A stretch of 54,926 bases of DNA from Chiloscyllium plagiosum (Eukaryota), in NCBI RefSeq assembly GCF_004010195.1, contig NC_057757.1:6328728-6383653 (forward strand). Direction: 5' to 3'. Positions 22,815-34,886 of this stretch are shown here, piece after piece; the stretch's first letter is position 1, and every line of letters begins with the position of its first letter. The notes beneath the pieces were generated by a model. It was not told the origin of the DNA. It made no database searches and saw nothing but the letters and a program-made list of their open reading frames with translations. A program made the translations under genes and the position numbers.

Positions 22815-24035
22815 AAGAATGGAGGGTCGGGTGGTGTGTTGTTTCTGCATGATGTGGGAGCTGGTGGACCCCATTGTGGTTCCCAGTGACCATGTCTGTG
22901 GTAAACGTTGGTTGCCAGAAGAACTCTGGCTCAGGGTCGATGAGCTAGAGTCTGAGCTTCAAACATTGAGACACATCAGGGAGAGGGAAAGTTACCTGGC
23001 TGCTTCAGGAGACAGTAACACCCCTTAGGCTAACTAACTTGAATTCAGCCAGTGGTCAGGGACAGGTGGGTGTATGTGTGAGTGAGGCAGGTGCAGGGAT
23101 CCAGGAGGTAGATTTGCAGGAGCCATAGCCCACGTCATTGTCCAACAGGTTCAAGAGTTTTGCTCCCTGCGTGGACGGGAATGGGGACTGCAGGGAGAGT
23201 GAGCCGACTGAGCGCAGCACGGTGGTGCAGGGAGCCATTCAAGTGGGGGGGGAGGGGGAAGAGAAATGTTGTTTTGATTGGAGATAATATAGTTAGAGGC
23301 ATCGACATTGTTCTCTGTGACCAGGATCAAGAGTCCCGGAGGCTGTGTTGCCTGCCTGGTGCTCAGGCCCCGGATAGCTCATCTGGGCTGCAGAGGAATT
23401 TGGAGTGGGAGGGTAAAGATCCAGTGGTTGTGGTCCACGTATGTACCAATGACGTAGATAAAACTAGGGCAGAGGTTCTGCTAAGGGAGTATGAACAGCT
23501 CGGAGGGAAATTAAAAAAGCAGAACTAAAAAAATAATATTGTCTGGATTACTACCTGAACCACGAGCTAATTGGCACAGGGTCAATACCATTCAGCAGGT
23601 AAACGTGTGGGTCAGAGATTGGTGTGGGTTTGAATTTGTGGGACATTGGCACCAGTACTGGGGAAGGAGGGACCAATGGGATGGTCTTCATCTGAACCGT
23701 GCTGGGATCAGAGTTCTAGTGAATCGCATAACTAGGGCTGTGGACAGGCCTTTAAACTAAATGGGGGGGGGGCACAGTTATAGGGGAAATTAGAAAGCCC
23801 GAATTAGGGGAGGAGGTAAGAGTGCAGGACTCAGGAGATGTTATTAAAATCTCCAGCACAGCCACAAATAGGACAGAGCGTATGGAAAGGGTTAGCAATC
23901 AAACTTCAAGCATAATGGACAAACGAATTACAATGAGAAGAGGGACGGTTAATACATGACTGAAAGTGTTATATCTGAGTGCACACAGCACAAGGAATAA
24001 GATAAATGAGCGTGTGGTGCAGATCGAAATTGGTG
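22815..24035 (+). mobile_element. CR1 ORF1 (zinc finger, coiled coil, SGNH esterase) and start of ORF2
   Basis: CxxCxMWE...HVCGK; IGDNIVRG, VVVHVCTND and DGLHLN esterase motifs; ORF2 start LKVLYLSAHSTRNK. Confidence 0.85.
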
Positions 24036-24039
24036 AGAG

Positions 24040-25261
24040 ACAAAAAAAAACTGCAGATGCTGGAATCCAAGGTAGACAAGCAGAAGGCTGGAGGAACACA
24101 GCACGCCAGGCAGCATCCGGAGGTGGAGAAGTCAATGTTTCAGGTGTAACCTTTCGTCAGGACTGGGGGGAGGTGCAGATACAAGGTTGGGTGGGGGAAG
24201 GGGGGAGGTAGGGTGGTGAGGTTGGGATAGGTGAACACAGGTAGCAGGTACGACCTGGTTGGTTGATGGGAGGGATGAATCTGGTTGGTAACTGGAAGGA
24301 AGGGTTGATCAGAGGAATGGAAGGGAAGGGAAAGGGAGGGGCTTGGGAGCCAGGGGATGAGAAGGGAGGTTATTTTAGATTCGAGAATTCAAAGTTCATT
24401 CCTCTGGGCTGTAGGCTGCCCAGGCGGAAGCTGAAGTGTTGTTCCTCCAATTTGAGCGTCTGATTCGTTGTGGCAATGGAGGAGGCCAAGGATGGTCATG
24501 TCAGAAAGGGAATGGTGAGGGGAATTAAAATGGGGGTGACTGGGAGGTCAGGACGGCCCCTGCGAGCACAGCTGAGATATCCCATTGACCACCCTGAACG
24601 CCCATGTATCTACCCCTGCAATGTAAAAGATGCAAAATCAGCCAGCACACCACCCCAGTCACCTCCATCCAGGGCCCCAAACTGTCCTGTCAGGAGAGAG
24701 AGAGGTTCACCTGCCTCTCCTACAACCTAGTTTACTTTGTATCCAGTGCTCCTCATGTGATCTTCTCTACATCGGTGAGACCAAACGTAAGCTCAGGGCA
24801 CGTTTCGCCAAGCATCTCAGCCAGGTCCGCAGGGGCCAACCTGACATCCCAGTCACCAACCATTTTAATTCTCTCACCAACTCCCTCTCTGACATGATCA
24901 TACGCGGCCTCCTCCATCGCCACAGCGAATCAGACCGCAAATCGGAGGAACAATACCTACAGCCCGGAGGACTCAACATTGAGTTCCCCAATTTCATATA
25001 ACCTCCCTCCCCATCTCCTGGCTCCCTTTCTAGCCTCTCCCCTACCTTCCATTCTGCTGACCAACCCTTCCTTCCAGCTACCAACAGAATTCATTCCTCC
25101 AATCGACCAACCAGTTGCACTCTCTACCTGTGTTCACCTATCACTACCTCAACCCTGTCTCCCCTCCCGCACCGCTCCCTCTTTATCTGCAGCTCCTCTT
25201 ACATCCACCCCCCAGTCCAGAAGAAGGTTTACACCTGAAACATTGACTTCTCCACCTCCTG
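24040..25261 (+). mobile_element. Penelope-like element with GIY-YIG endonuclease remnant and inverted pseudo-LTRs
   Basis: CIQCSSCDLLYIGETKRKLRARFAKH...HFN...GLNIEF (24630-25001); mirrored termini, each with a hammerhead-like motif (24130-24164 minus, 25214-25248 plus). Confidence 0.85.
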
Positions 25262-25274
25262 AGGTATTTCCTTC

Positions 25275-25683
25275 AAGGACATACATTTGGAAAGGCAAGG
25301 ACTGATTAGGGATAGTCACCTCACCATGGCTTTGTGCGTGGGAAATCATGTCTCATAAACTTGATTGAGTTTTTTGAAGAAGTAACAAAGAGGATTGATG
25401 AGGGCAAAGCGGTAGATGTGATCTATATGGACTTCAGTAAGGCGTTCGACAAGGTTCCCCATGTGAGACTGGTTAACAAGGTTAGATCTCACGGAATACA
25501 GGGAGAACTAGCCATTTGGAGACAGAACTGGCTCAAAGGTAGAAGACAGAGGGTGGTGGTGGAGGGTTGTTTTTCAGACTGGAGGCTTGTGACCAGTGGA
25601 GTGCCACAAGGATTGGTGCTGGGTCCATTACTTTTCGTCATTTATATAAATGATTTGGATATGAGCATAAGAGGTATAGTTAG
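25275..25683 (+). mobile_element. CR1 RT fragment
   Basis: [13 protein letters not shown]...[21 protein letters not shown]. Confidence 0.9.
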
Positions 25684-26090
25684 GGATATTTTGATCACTG
25701 CCTCCCAAGGGTTCCTTCACCTTGAGCTCACTGATCAAGTCTGCCTCATTGCACAACACTAAATCCAGTATTGCCTGTTCCCTTGTGGGCTCCACCACAA
25801 GCTGCTCCAAAAAGCTATCTTGTAGACATTCCACAAATTCCTTTTCTTGAAATACACTACTAACCTGATTTTCCCAGTCCACCTGCATATTGAAATCCCC
25901 CATGATCACTGTAACTTTGCCTTTCCTACACATCTTTTCTATCTCCTGATGTATCTTGCGCCCCAGCTCCTGTTTGGAGACCTGTACGTAAGTCTAACTA
26001 TAGTTTTTTTACCTTTGCGGTTCCTCAATGCTAACCACACAGATTCTACATCATCTGACCCTACTTTGTGTCTGACTATTGATTTAATTG
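25684..26090 (-). mobile_element. CR1 endonuclease fragment
   Basis: IMGDFN...[13 protein letters not shown]...LGGSD. Confidence 0.8.
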
Positions 26091-26156
26091 TATGTATATT
26101 CAGCTCCCGATCCTGATACCCTGGCAGTCATGTCTCTGTAATGCCACAGCCATTTC

Positions 26157-28380
26157 ATAGAGTCATAGAGAGGTACAGCATGGAAACAGACCCTTCGGTC
26201 CAACCTGTCCATGCTGACCAGATATCCCAACCCAATCTAGTCCCACCTGCCAGCTCCCAGCCCATATCCCTCCAAACCCTTCCTATTCATCTACCCATCC
26301 AGATGCCGTTTAAATGTTGCAATTGTACTAGCCTCCACCATTTCCTATGACAGCCCATTCCATACACGCACCACCCTCTGCATGAAAAGGTTGCGCCTTA
26401 GGTCTCTTTTATATCTTTCCCCTCTCATCCTAAACCTATGCCCTCTAGTTCTGGACTCCCCGACCCCAGGGAAAAGACTTTGTCTATTTACCCTATCCAT
26501 GCCCCTCACGATTTTATAAACCTCTATAAGGTGACCCCTCAGCCTCTGACGCTCCAGGGAAAACAGCCCCAGCCTGTTCAGCCTCTCCCTGTAGCTCAGA
26601 TCCTCCAACCCTGGCAACATCCTTGTAAATCTTTTCTGAACCCTTTCAAGTTTGACAACATCACAGCCTAACCAATGTTCTATACAGCCGCAACATGACC
26701 TCCCAACTCCTGTACTCAATACTCTGACCAATAAAGGAAAGCATACCAAATAACTTCTTCACTATCCTATCTACCTGCGACTCCACTTTCAAGGAGCTAT
26801 GAACCTGCATTCCAAGGTCTCTTTGTTCAGCAACACTCGCTAGGACATTACCATTAAGTGTATAAGTCCTGCTAAAGTTTGCTTTCCCAAAATACAAAAC
26901 CTCGCATTTATCTAAACTTCATCTGCCACTCTTCAGCCCATTGGCCCATCTGATCAAGATCCCGTTGTAATCTGAGGTAACCTTCTTTGCTGTCCACAAC
27001 ACCTCCAATTTTGGTGTCATCTGCAAACTTATTAATTATACCACTTAAGCTCACATCCAAATCATTTATATAAATGACGAAAAGTAGTGGACCCAGCACC
27101 GATCTTGTGGCATTCCACTGGTCACAGACCTCCAGTCTGAAAAGCAACTCTCCACCACCACCACCCTCTGTCTTCTAGCTTTGAGCCTGTTCTGTATCCA
27201 AATGGCTAGTTATCCCTGTATTCCATGAGATATAACCTTACTAACCAGTCTCCCATGCTGAACCTTGTCAAATGCCTTACTGAAGTCCATATAGATCACA
27301 TCTACCGCTCTGCCCTTATCAATCCTCTTTGTTACTTCTTCAAAACACTTTTAATCAAGTTTGTGAGACATGATTTCCCATGCACAAAGCCATGTTGACT
27401 ATCCCTAATCAGTCCTTGCCTTTTCAAATACATGTACATCCTGTCCCTCAGGATTCCCTCCAACAACTTGCCCACCACCGACGTCAGGCTCACTGGACTA
27501 TAGTTTTCTGGCTTGTCCTTACCACCCTTCTTAAATAGTGGCACCACGTTAGCCAGCCTCCAGTCTTCCGGTATCTCATCTGTGACTATCGATGATACAA
27601 ATATCTCAGCAAAATTCCCAGTAATCACTTCCCTGGCTTCCCACAGAGTTCTAGGGTACACCCAATCAGGTCCTGGGGATTTATCCATTTTTATGTGTTT
27701 CAAGACATCCAGCACTTCCTCCTCTGTATTATGGACATTTTTCAAGATGTCACCATCTATTTCCCTACAGTCTATATCTTCCATGTCGTTTTCCACAGTA
27801 AATACTGATGTAAAATACTCACTAAGCATCTGCTTCATCTCCTGTGGCTCCACAGAAAGGCTGCCTTGCTGATGTTTGAGGGGCCCTATTCTCTCCCTGG
27901 TTACCCTTTTGATCTTAATATATTTGTAAAAACCCTTTGGATTCTCCTTAATTCTATTTGCCAAAGCTATCTCATGTGCCCTTTTTGACCTCCTGATTTC
28001 TGTCTTATGTATGCTCCTATTGCCTTTATACTCTTCTAAGGATTCACTCGATCTATCCTGACATATGCTTCCTCCTTTTTCTTAACCAAACCCTCAATTT
28101 CTTTAGTTATCCAGCATTCCCTATACCTACCAGCCTTTCCTTTTACCCTGACAGAAACATACTGTCTCTGGACTCTTGTTATCTCATTTCTGAAGGCTTC
28201 CCATTTTCCAGCCGTCCCTTTACATGCAAACATCTGCTCCCAATCAGCTTTTGAAAGTTCTTGCCTAATACCATCAAAATTAGCCTTTCTCTAATTTAGA
28301 ACTTCAACTTTTAGATCTGGTCTATCTTTTTCCATCACTATTTTAATAGAATTATTGTCGCTGGCCCTAAAGTGCTCCTC
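26157..28380 (-). mobile_element. CR1 LINE ORF2 (linker, RT, 3' tail), frameshifted
   Basis: KSPGPD, SQHGF, KFADDTKIGG, LERQRLRGHLIE; catagagt tail. Confidence 0.9.
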
Positions 28381-28409
28381 CATTCACACTTCAGTCACCT
28401 GCCCTGCCT

Positions 28410-29645
28410 ATCTTTAGCAAACAGGGTTAAGGAAAATCCCAAAGCATTTTATTCATACATAAGGAGCAAGAGGGTAACTAGAGAAAGGGTTGACACACTC
28501 AAGGAGGAAAGTTATGTGTGGAGTCAGAAGAAATGGATGAGATTCTTGACAAGTACTTTGCATCGGTATTCACCAAGGAGAGGGACATGACGGATGTTGG
28601 TTAGGAATGGATGTTTGATTACTCTAGGTCTAGTTGGCATAAGGAGGGAGGAAGTGTTGGGTATTCTAAAAGGCATTAACGTGGTCAAGTCCCCAGGTCC
28701 GGATGGGATCTATCCCTGGTTAATGAGGGAAGTGAGAGAGGAAGTAGCTGGGGCCTTAACAGATACTTTTGCAGCATCCTTGAACACGGGTGAAGTCCCG
28801 GAGGACTGGAGAATTGTTAATGTTGTCCCCTTGTTTAAGAAGTTAGCAGGGATAATACAGGTAATTATAGACCGGTAAGCCTGTCGTCAGTGGTTGGGGA
28901 ACTGTTGGAGTAGGTACTGAGGGATAGGATCTATTCCCATTTGGAAGAAAATGAGCTGATCAGTGATAGGCAACATTTTTTGAGCAGGGAGGTCATGTCC
29001 TACCAACTTGATAGAATTATTTAAGGAAGTGACAACGTTGATTGGCATACGACATGCTTTCCTTCATCGGAGGGGGTATTGAGTACAAGAGGTTGGTATG
29101 TCCTGTTACAGTTGTATAAGACTTTGGTTCAGCTATATTTGGAGTTCTAGTCACCACATTACCAAAAGGATGTGGATGCTTTGGAGAGGGTGCAGAGGTA
29201 GTTCACCAGGATGTTGCTGGTATGGAGGGCGCGAACTATGAAGAGAAGTTGAGTAGATTAGGATTATTTTCATTAGAAGGATGAAGGTTGTGGGGGGACC
29301 TGATTGAGATCTACAAAATCATGAGAGGTATAGACAGGCTGGATAGCAAGAAGCTTTTTCACAGAGTCAGGGACCCTAATCACTAGTGGTCACGAGTTCA
29401 AAGAGGGGAAAGGTTTAGGGGAAATATGCTTGCAAAGTTCTTTATGCAGAGGGTGGTGAGTGCCTGGAATGCTTTGCCAGCAGAGGTGATACAGGTGGGC
29501 ATGATAGCGTCGACAGGTACATGAATGGGCAGAGACAGAGGAATTTAGACCCTTAGAAAATAGGCGACAGGTTTAGATAGAGGGTCTGAATCGGTGCAGG
29601 CTTGGAGGGCCAAAGGGGCTGTTCCTGTGCTGGAATTTTCTTTGT
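28410..29645 (+). mobile_element. CR1 fragment, internally deleted
   Basis: RVKENPKAFYSYIRSKR, KSPGPDGIYP, 3' tail. Confidence 0.8.
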
Positions 29646-29830
29646 TTCAATTAGCAGATTTTGGCTAAATTGAAAAGGAAGTATAGACAACACAAGGAAA
29701 ACCTATTTTCATGCAGTGAATGCCTAGAACTTGGAATGGGATTTCTGAGAGGCTGGCAGAGGCAAATTCAACTGTGTCTTATTTAAATGGAAATGTGAAC
29801 CTACTAAAAGAAAGAGGGCTTGCTGTCGGT

Positions 29831-30158
29831 TAGATTAAAATCCCTACAATATGGAAACAGGCCCTTTGGCCCAATAAGTCCACACCAACCCTCCAAAGAG
29901 TAACCCACCCAGATGCATTCCCCTACCCGATATTTACCACTGACTAATGCACCTAACACTATGGGCAATTTAACATAGCTAATTCACCTGACCTCCACAT
30001 CATTGGATTGCAGGAGGAAAACAGAGCACCCGGAGGAAACCCACACAGACACAGGAAGAATGTGCAAACTCCACACAGTCACCCGAGGCAGGAATCAAAC
30101 CTGCATCTCTGGCACTGTGAGGCAGCAGTGCTAACCACTGAGCCACCGTGCCACCCAT
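29831..30158 (-). mobile_element. V-SINE (HE1-like), near full length
   Basis: Reverse complement of ggtggcacggtggctcagtggttagc head, V-domain and tctaa tail. Confidence 0.85.
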
Positions 30159-32778
30159 GCCACTAGGGAAAAGGTGAAGGGGATATTTTTCTTGGTTATT
30201 ATGAGATTTGGATATGGCTTGTGAGCTAGATTGCTCTTTCAAGAGATATCCTGAACATGATGGGCTGAACGGCCACCTTAACAAGCTTTAACCATTCTAT
30301 GATACTATAGGAACTGTTTGATCACCTCACTGCTGCTGCTTTGTGGGATTTTGCACAACAATAGTCACTTTCAATGAATATGAGGCAATATATTTTGGTG
30401 AAATAAAACAGCAGTGATATGAAGGGAAGCAGAATCAGAGTACAGGAAATTTGAAGAACAGGTTCAAAGAACATTCAAACCATAGGCTGAAAAGGCAATA
30501 AAAATACCTGAAGAAGTTCTACGTTCCATCGGGGTGAGAGGTCATCACTTATACATTAAAGTTCAGTCCAACCTCAGGCATACCATGTGCATTAGACTTC
30601 ATAAAAAGGGAAGGATGTGAAAGCTTGTTTTGGTGAGGGAGGGGTGTTCCCCTCAGATACTGGCTGTTCCAAAGGTATATAAAGAGGCAACAAGACTGGA
30701 TAAATTGAGTCTTTCTTTAGCACAATGCAGATTACACAATGGTATGAAAGAAATGTTTAATATTAATAAAGTCCAGGTCATGGTAGATAGAAACAGATTT
30801 TGATTTGATTTGATGTATCATTGTCACATGTACCAAGATACAGTGAAAAGTATTTCTTTTAACATTGCACCGTGTGCAAGAGATGAGAATCAGGGGGAAC
30901 TGTCGAACATGAGGCATCTCCCACTTAAAATGGAGATGAGTGTGTTTTTTTGCTCTCAGTAGGTCATTAGTCTGTGGAGCCCTCTTCACCAGAGACCGGT
31001 CAAGGCTGGGTCATCAAATATAAAGGTTGCGTCAGATAAGCTCTTGGTGAATATGCAGCCAAAGAGTACATATTTAGTGCGGACAGGTAAGTGCAGCTGA
31101 GGCCCCAGTCAGATCAGTCATGGTTTTATTGAATGATAGAGCAGGTTAAAAAGGCCTACTTTACATGGTTGCATATTCTTATGATGTGTGGTGTTTGGGA
31201 ACAGCTGGGAGGGTAGAGATATGAGAGTTGGTGCTTAGATCAAATGGCAGAATAAACCACTTGTCACAGAGAGGGAATCCAGGACTAGATAGCATGGCTC
31301 TGGCAGAGGTGGAGACGGTTCAGAAGAGATTTTCCCAGGCATGGCAAGAAAGGCTGAATAGGCTGGGACTTTTTCACTGCAGCGTAGAAGTTGAAAGTGA
31401 ATCTTAGAGAAGTTTATAAAATAATGAAGGATATATAGACAGAGTTATTGGTAATTGTCTTTTCTCTATGATGCGGGACTTCAAGACAAGGGGACAATTT
31501 TTTAAGCTAAGAGGGGAAAGATTTATAAAAGACATGAGAGGCATTTTTTTTTTTAACAGAGTGGTTTGGAATGAACTTCCTGAAGAAGTGGTGGATGTGG
31601 GTACAATTATAACATTTGGGTCTGTGTTCTGTGCTGTTTCCATCTAAAAACTGGGGAACCTTCACCGCATAGAATGCAGGCAGCTGACCAGCACTTTCTC
31701 AAACAGATGGGCAAAAAGACGCTGGCCTCACCAGCAACGCCCACATCCAGCAAATTCATAATTTTCTAAAAAGGTTTTAAGCTGTCTCCAGGGGCAAGAG
31801 CATCAGCAATCAGGGAACACAGATTTTGAAATAAGTACCAAAGTAATTAAGGGCAGTAGATGAGAAAGTTATTTCTCGTTATGCAGGCAAGTTGTGATCT
31901 GGAATGCATTGTCAGAAAGGGCAGTGGAGCAGATTCAATACTTCTGTCTGTGGTGGCGTACCATTGCCTTTAACTCTCAGGGTTAGGGCAAGGAGTCAGC
32001 TCCTAAATCTACTTGAGCCAGACTAGGAATCAAACCTGTGCTTTCAGTTTCAATCTCAACCACGTGCTGAAAATCTAACCAATTTTAGCTAACTAGCCCA
32101 CACGGTGGTTTTGTTACTGGATTTATAATCTCAACACTTAATCAAATCCTACAAGAAGAAATTTCAATTTAATCACTGCATTAATATTTGGAATTAAAAT
32201 TAGTCATAGGCTGAGTACAAAACTACTGAACTAAGAGCTCTTGTGATTTACAGTGGTAGTGTCCCCACCTCCAAGTTCAATTCCCAAGTACTACAGAGGC
32301 ATGTCATAACATGTCTGAACAGGTTGATTTAAATAATCAAAACTACTGAACTCAATAAAAATAAAACTCATCTAGTTCACTGAGTACGATCACCACAGAG
32401 ACTACAGAGGTTTGAGAAGGCAGCTCTCATAACCATCTACATTCTCAAGGGGACCGAGGAACAGGCAGAAAATATTGGCTTTCCCAGTGATATCAACTTC
32501 CTGAGAAAGAATTCAAAGCAAAAGACTTGTTTTATATGGTACTTTTCACATCTCACAACACTTTGCAGCCAATTAAATACATTAGCTGCTCAGTAATACA
32601 GGAAGTCATTTCAACCCATGACCAGTACCATCTAGGACAAGATGCATGAGAGCACTTTCACCTGCTCAGTTCCCTCTAAATTCCACACCATCTTGATTTT
32701 GCAAGTATATTGCAGCTCCTTCACTGTCACTAAATCAAAAATGGTATTGCCACCCCTAAATCATTGTTGTTGTACCTA

Positions 32779-33278
32779 NNNNNNNNNNNNNNNNNNNNNN
32801 NNNNNNNNNNNNNNNNNNNNNNNNNNNNNNNNNNNNNNNNNNNNNNNNNNNNNNNNNNNNNNNNNNNNNNNNNNNNNNNNNNNNNNNNNNNNNNNNNNNN
32901 NNNNNNNNNNNNNNNNNNNNNNNNNNNNNNNNNNNNNNNNNNNNNNNNNNNNNNNNNNNNNNNNNNNNNNNNNNNNNNNNNNNNNNNNNNNNNNNNNNNN
33001 NNNNNNNNNNNNNNNNNNNNNNNNNNNNNNNNNNNNNNNNNNNNNNNNNNNNNNNNNNNNNNNNNNNNNNNNNNNNNNNNNNNNNNNNNNNNNNNNNNNN
33101 NNNNNNNNNNNNNNNNNNNNNNNNNNNNNNNNNNNNNNNNNNNNNNNNNNNNNNNNNNNNNNNNNNNNNNNNNNNNNNNNNNNNNNNNNNNNNNNNNNNN
33201 NNNNNNNNNNNNNNNNNNNNNNNNNNNNNNNNNNNNNNNNNNNNNNNNNNNNNNNNNNNNNNNNNNNNNNNNNNNNNN
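32779..33278. other. Assembly gap (500 N)
   Basis: Run of N. Confidence 1.
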
Positions 33279-34449
33279 CCCTCCCTCTTTAACCCTCAGG
33301 AGCCGCGCCTGCTGCTGACGGCTCTGGCGCAGGGGAATCTCAACAATCCCCGCCGAGCCCATGAAGAGTCAGTGACGGCTCCCGGTTCCCCGTTTTGAAA
33401 GAAAAAGTCGGTTGTGTTTTCGTCGCGCGGAAGGAGAGAGAAGCGGCCGCGGCTGGCGCCTGAATAATGGAGGGAGGGAGGAGACAAAACAACAAACATC
33501 GGCGACGGACGCTTCGTCGAAACCCCCCTTCACACCATCAACCCTGCGTTCCTCCCTCATCCACCCTCCCGTCCCCGCCTTAACGGGACAGCTCGACCCC
33601 CTTGTCTACCGAGCGACCACCCGAACCTCCGCTGCAAGCGTTGATTATTATACCTCTTGTTTTTTTTCTCTCTGTTTTAAATAAAACGTATTCCAACCCC
33701 CCCCCAACCCCCAAAGTCTGTGAAGACGGAGGCCTCGGCGGACCACCCCTCCCCCAACTTCTCCGCCGCGTCCCGCCTTCCAGAGGTGGGCGGAGCCGGG
33801 AGCGAGGTCCCCGCCAGCCGGGCCGACATCCCCCGTTCCGGATTGGACGGGGCCGGGAGGCGTCGCGCAGCGTGGGTGCCACCCCCTCGGCGCCGACTGG
33901 CCAGGGCGGCTGTCCGTCAGCCGAGGGGCGGTCCGACCGGGTTATAAAAGGAGACGCAAGCGCACTGTGAGGGGGAGAAAGGGGGTGGGGGGAGGGGTGA
34001 AGGGAAGGGTGAGAGAGAGAGAGAAAAAAAAACAGCGAGTGCGCCTAAGCAGCTCCAAGGGCTGGTGATCGAGTGGAGTTGGGTTGTTTGGTTGGGGAGG
34101 GGGGAAGAAAAGGAAAGTGATTTTAATTTTTTTTAAAAAAAAGTGGGTTAGGGACATTTCGAATCGAAGTGGTGGTGGGAAGGAAGGAGAAAGAGAAGCG
34201 GGGGGGGAGAGGTAAAGCAACCGTCTGACTTCCACCGAATGAATAAGCACGGTTCGTCGTTTGCGGATATATTTCCGCTTTAAGTTCCACAAACTTGACA
34301 ATCGAGGCTTTAAAGTTGCCATTTTGTTGGGGGTGGGGGCAGGAAAGGGAAAGAAAATTCTCCTTCTCGGTCAGGTGGAAGACGAGAGGGGAGGGAGGGA
34401 GGGGGAGGGGAAGAAGCGGGGAGTCGATAAACAAAACCCGGGGAGGGGA
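33279..34449 (+). promoter_or_regulatory. MEPCE: MEPCE CpG-island promoter and 5' leader
   Basis: CpG-dense; GC box GGGCGG 33788-33793; inverted CCAAT (ATTGG) 33842-33846; TATAAAAG 33943-33950; purine-rich leader; reverse YY1 site gccatttt near 34318. Confidence 0.75.
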
Positions 34450-34886
34450 NNNNNNNNNNNNNNNNNNNNNNNNNNNNNNNNNNNNNNNNNNNNNNNNNNN
34501 NNNNNNNNNNNNNNNNNNNNNNNNNNNNNNNNNNNNNNNNNNNNNNNNNNNNNNNNNNNNNNNNNNNNNNNNNNNNNNNNNNNNNNNNNNNNNNNNNNNN
34601 NNNNNNNNNNNNNNNNNNNNNNNNNNNNNNNNNNNNNNNNNNNNNNNNNNNNNNNNNNNNNNNNNNNNNNNNNNNNNNNNNNNNNNNNNNNNNNNNNNNN
34701 NNNNNNNNNNNNNNNNNNNNNNNNNNNNNNNNNNNNNNNNNNNNNNNNNNNNNNNNNNNNNNNNNNNNNNNNNNNNNNNNNNNNNNNNNNNNNNNNNNNN
34801 NNNNNNNNNNNNNNNNNNNNNNNNNNNNNNNNNNNNNNNNNNNNNNNNNNNNNNNNNNNNNNNNNNNNNNNNNNNNNNNNNNNNNN
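34450..34886. other. Assembly gap (437 N), probably hiding the MEPCE start codon
   Basis: Run of N immediately followed by in-frame VNSDCDPVLPSNFLLGG. Confidence 0.95.

Noticed and set aside
22819..23760. Host SGNH/GDSL esterase gene
   Set aside because: Intronless, frameshifted and followed directly by the CR1 ORF2 start; it is CR1 ORF1.
33943..34449. 7SK or another Pol III snRNA gene after the TATA box
   Set aside because: No 7SK-like 5' sequence or recognisable snRNA body; the downstream sequence is a purine-rich leader leading to MEPCE.
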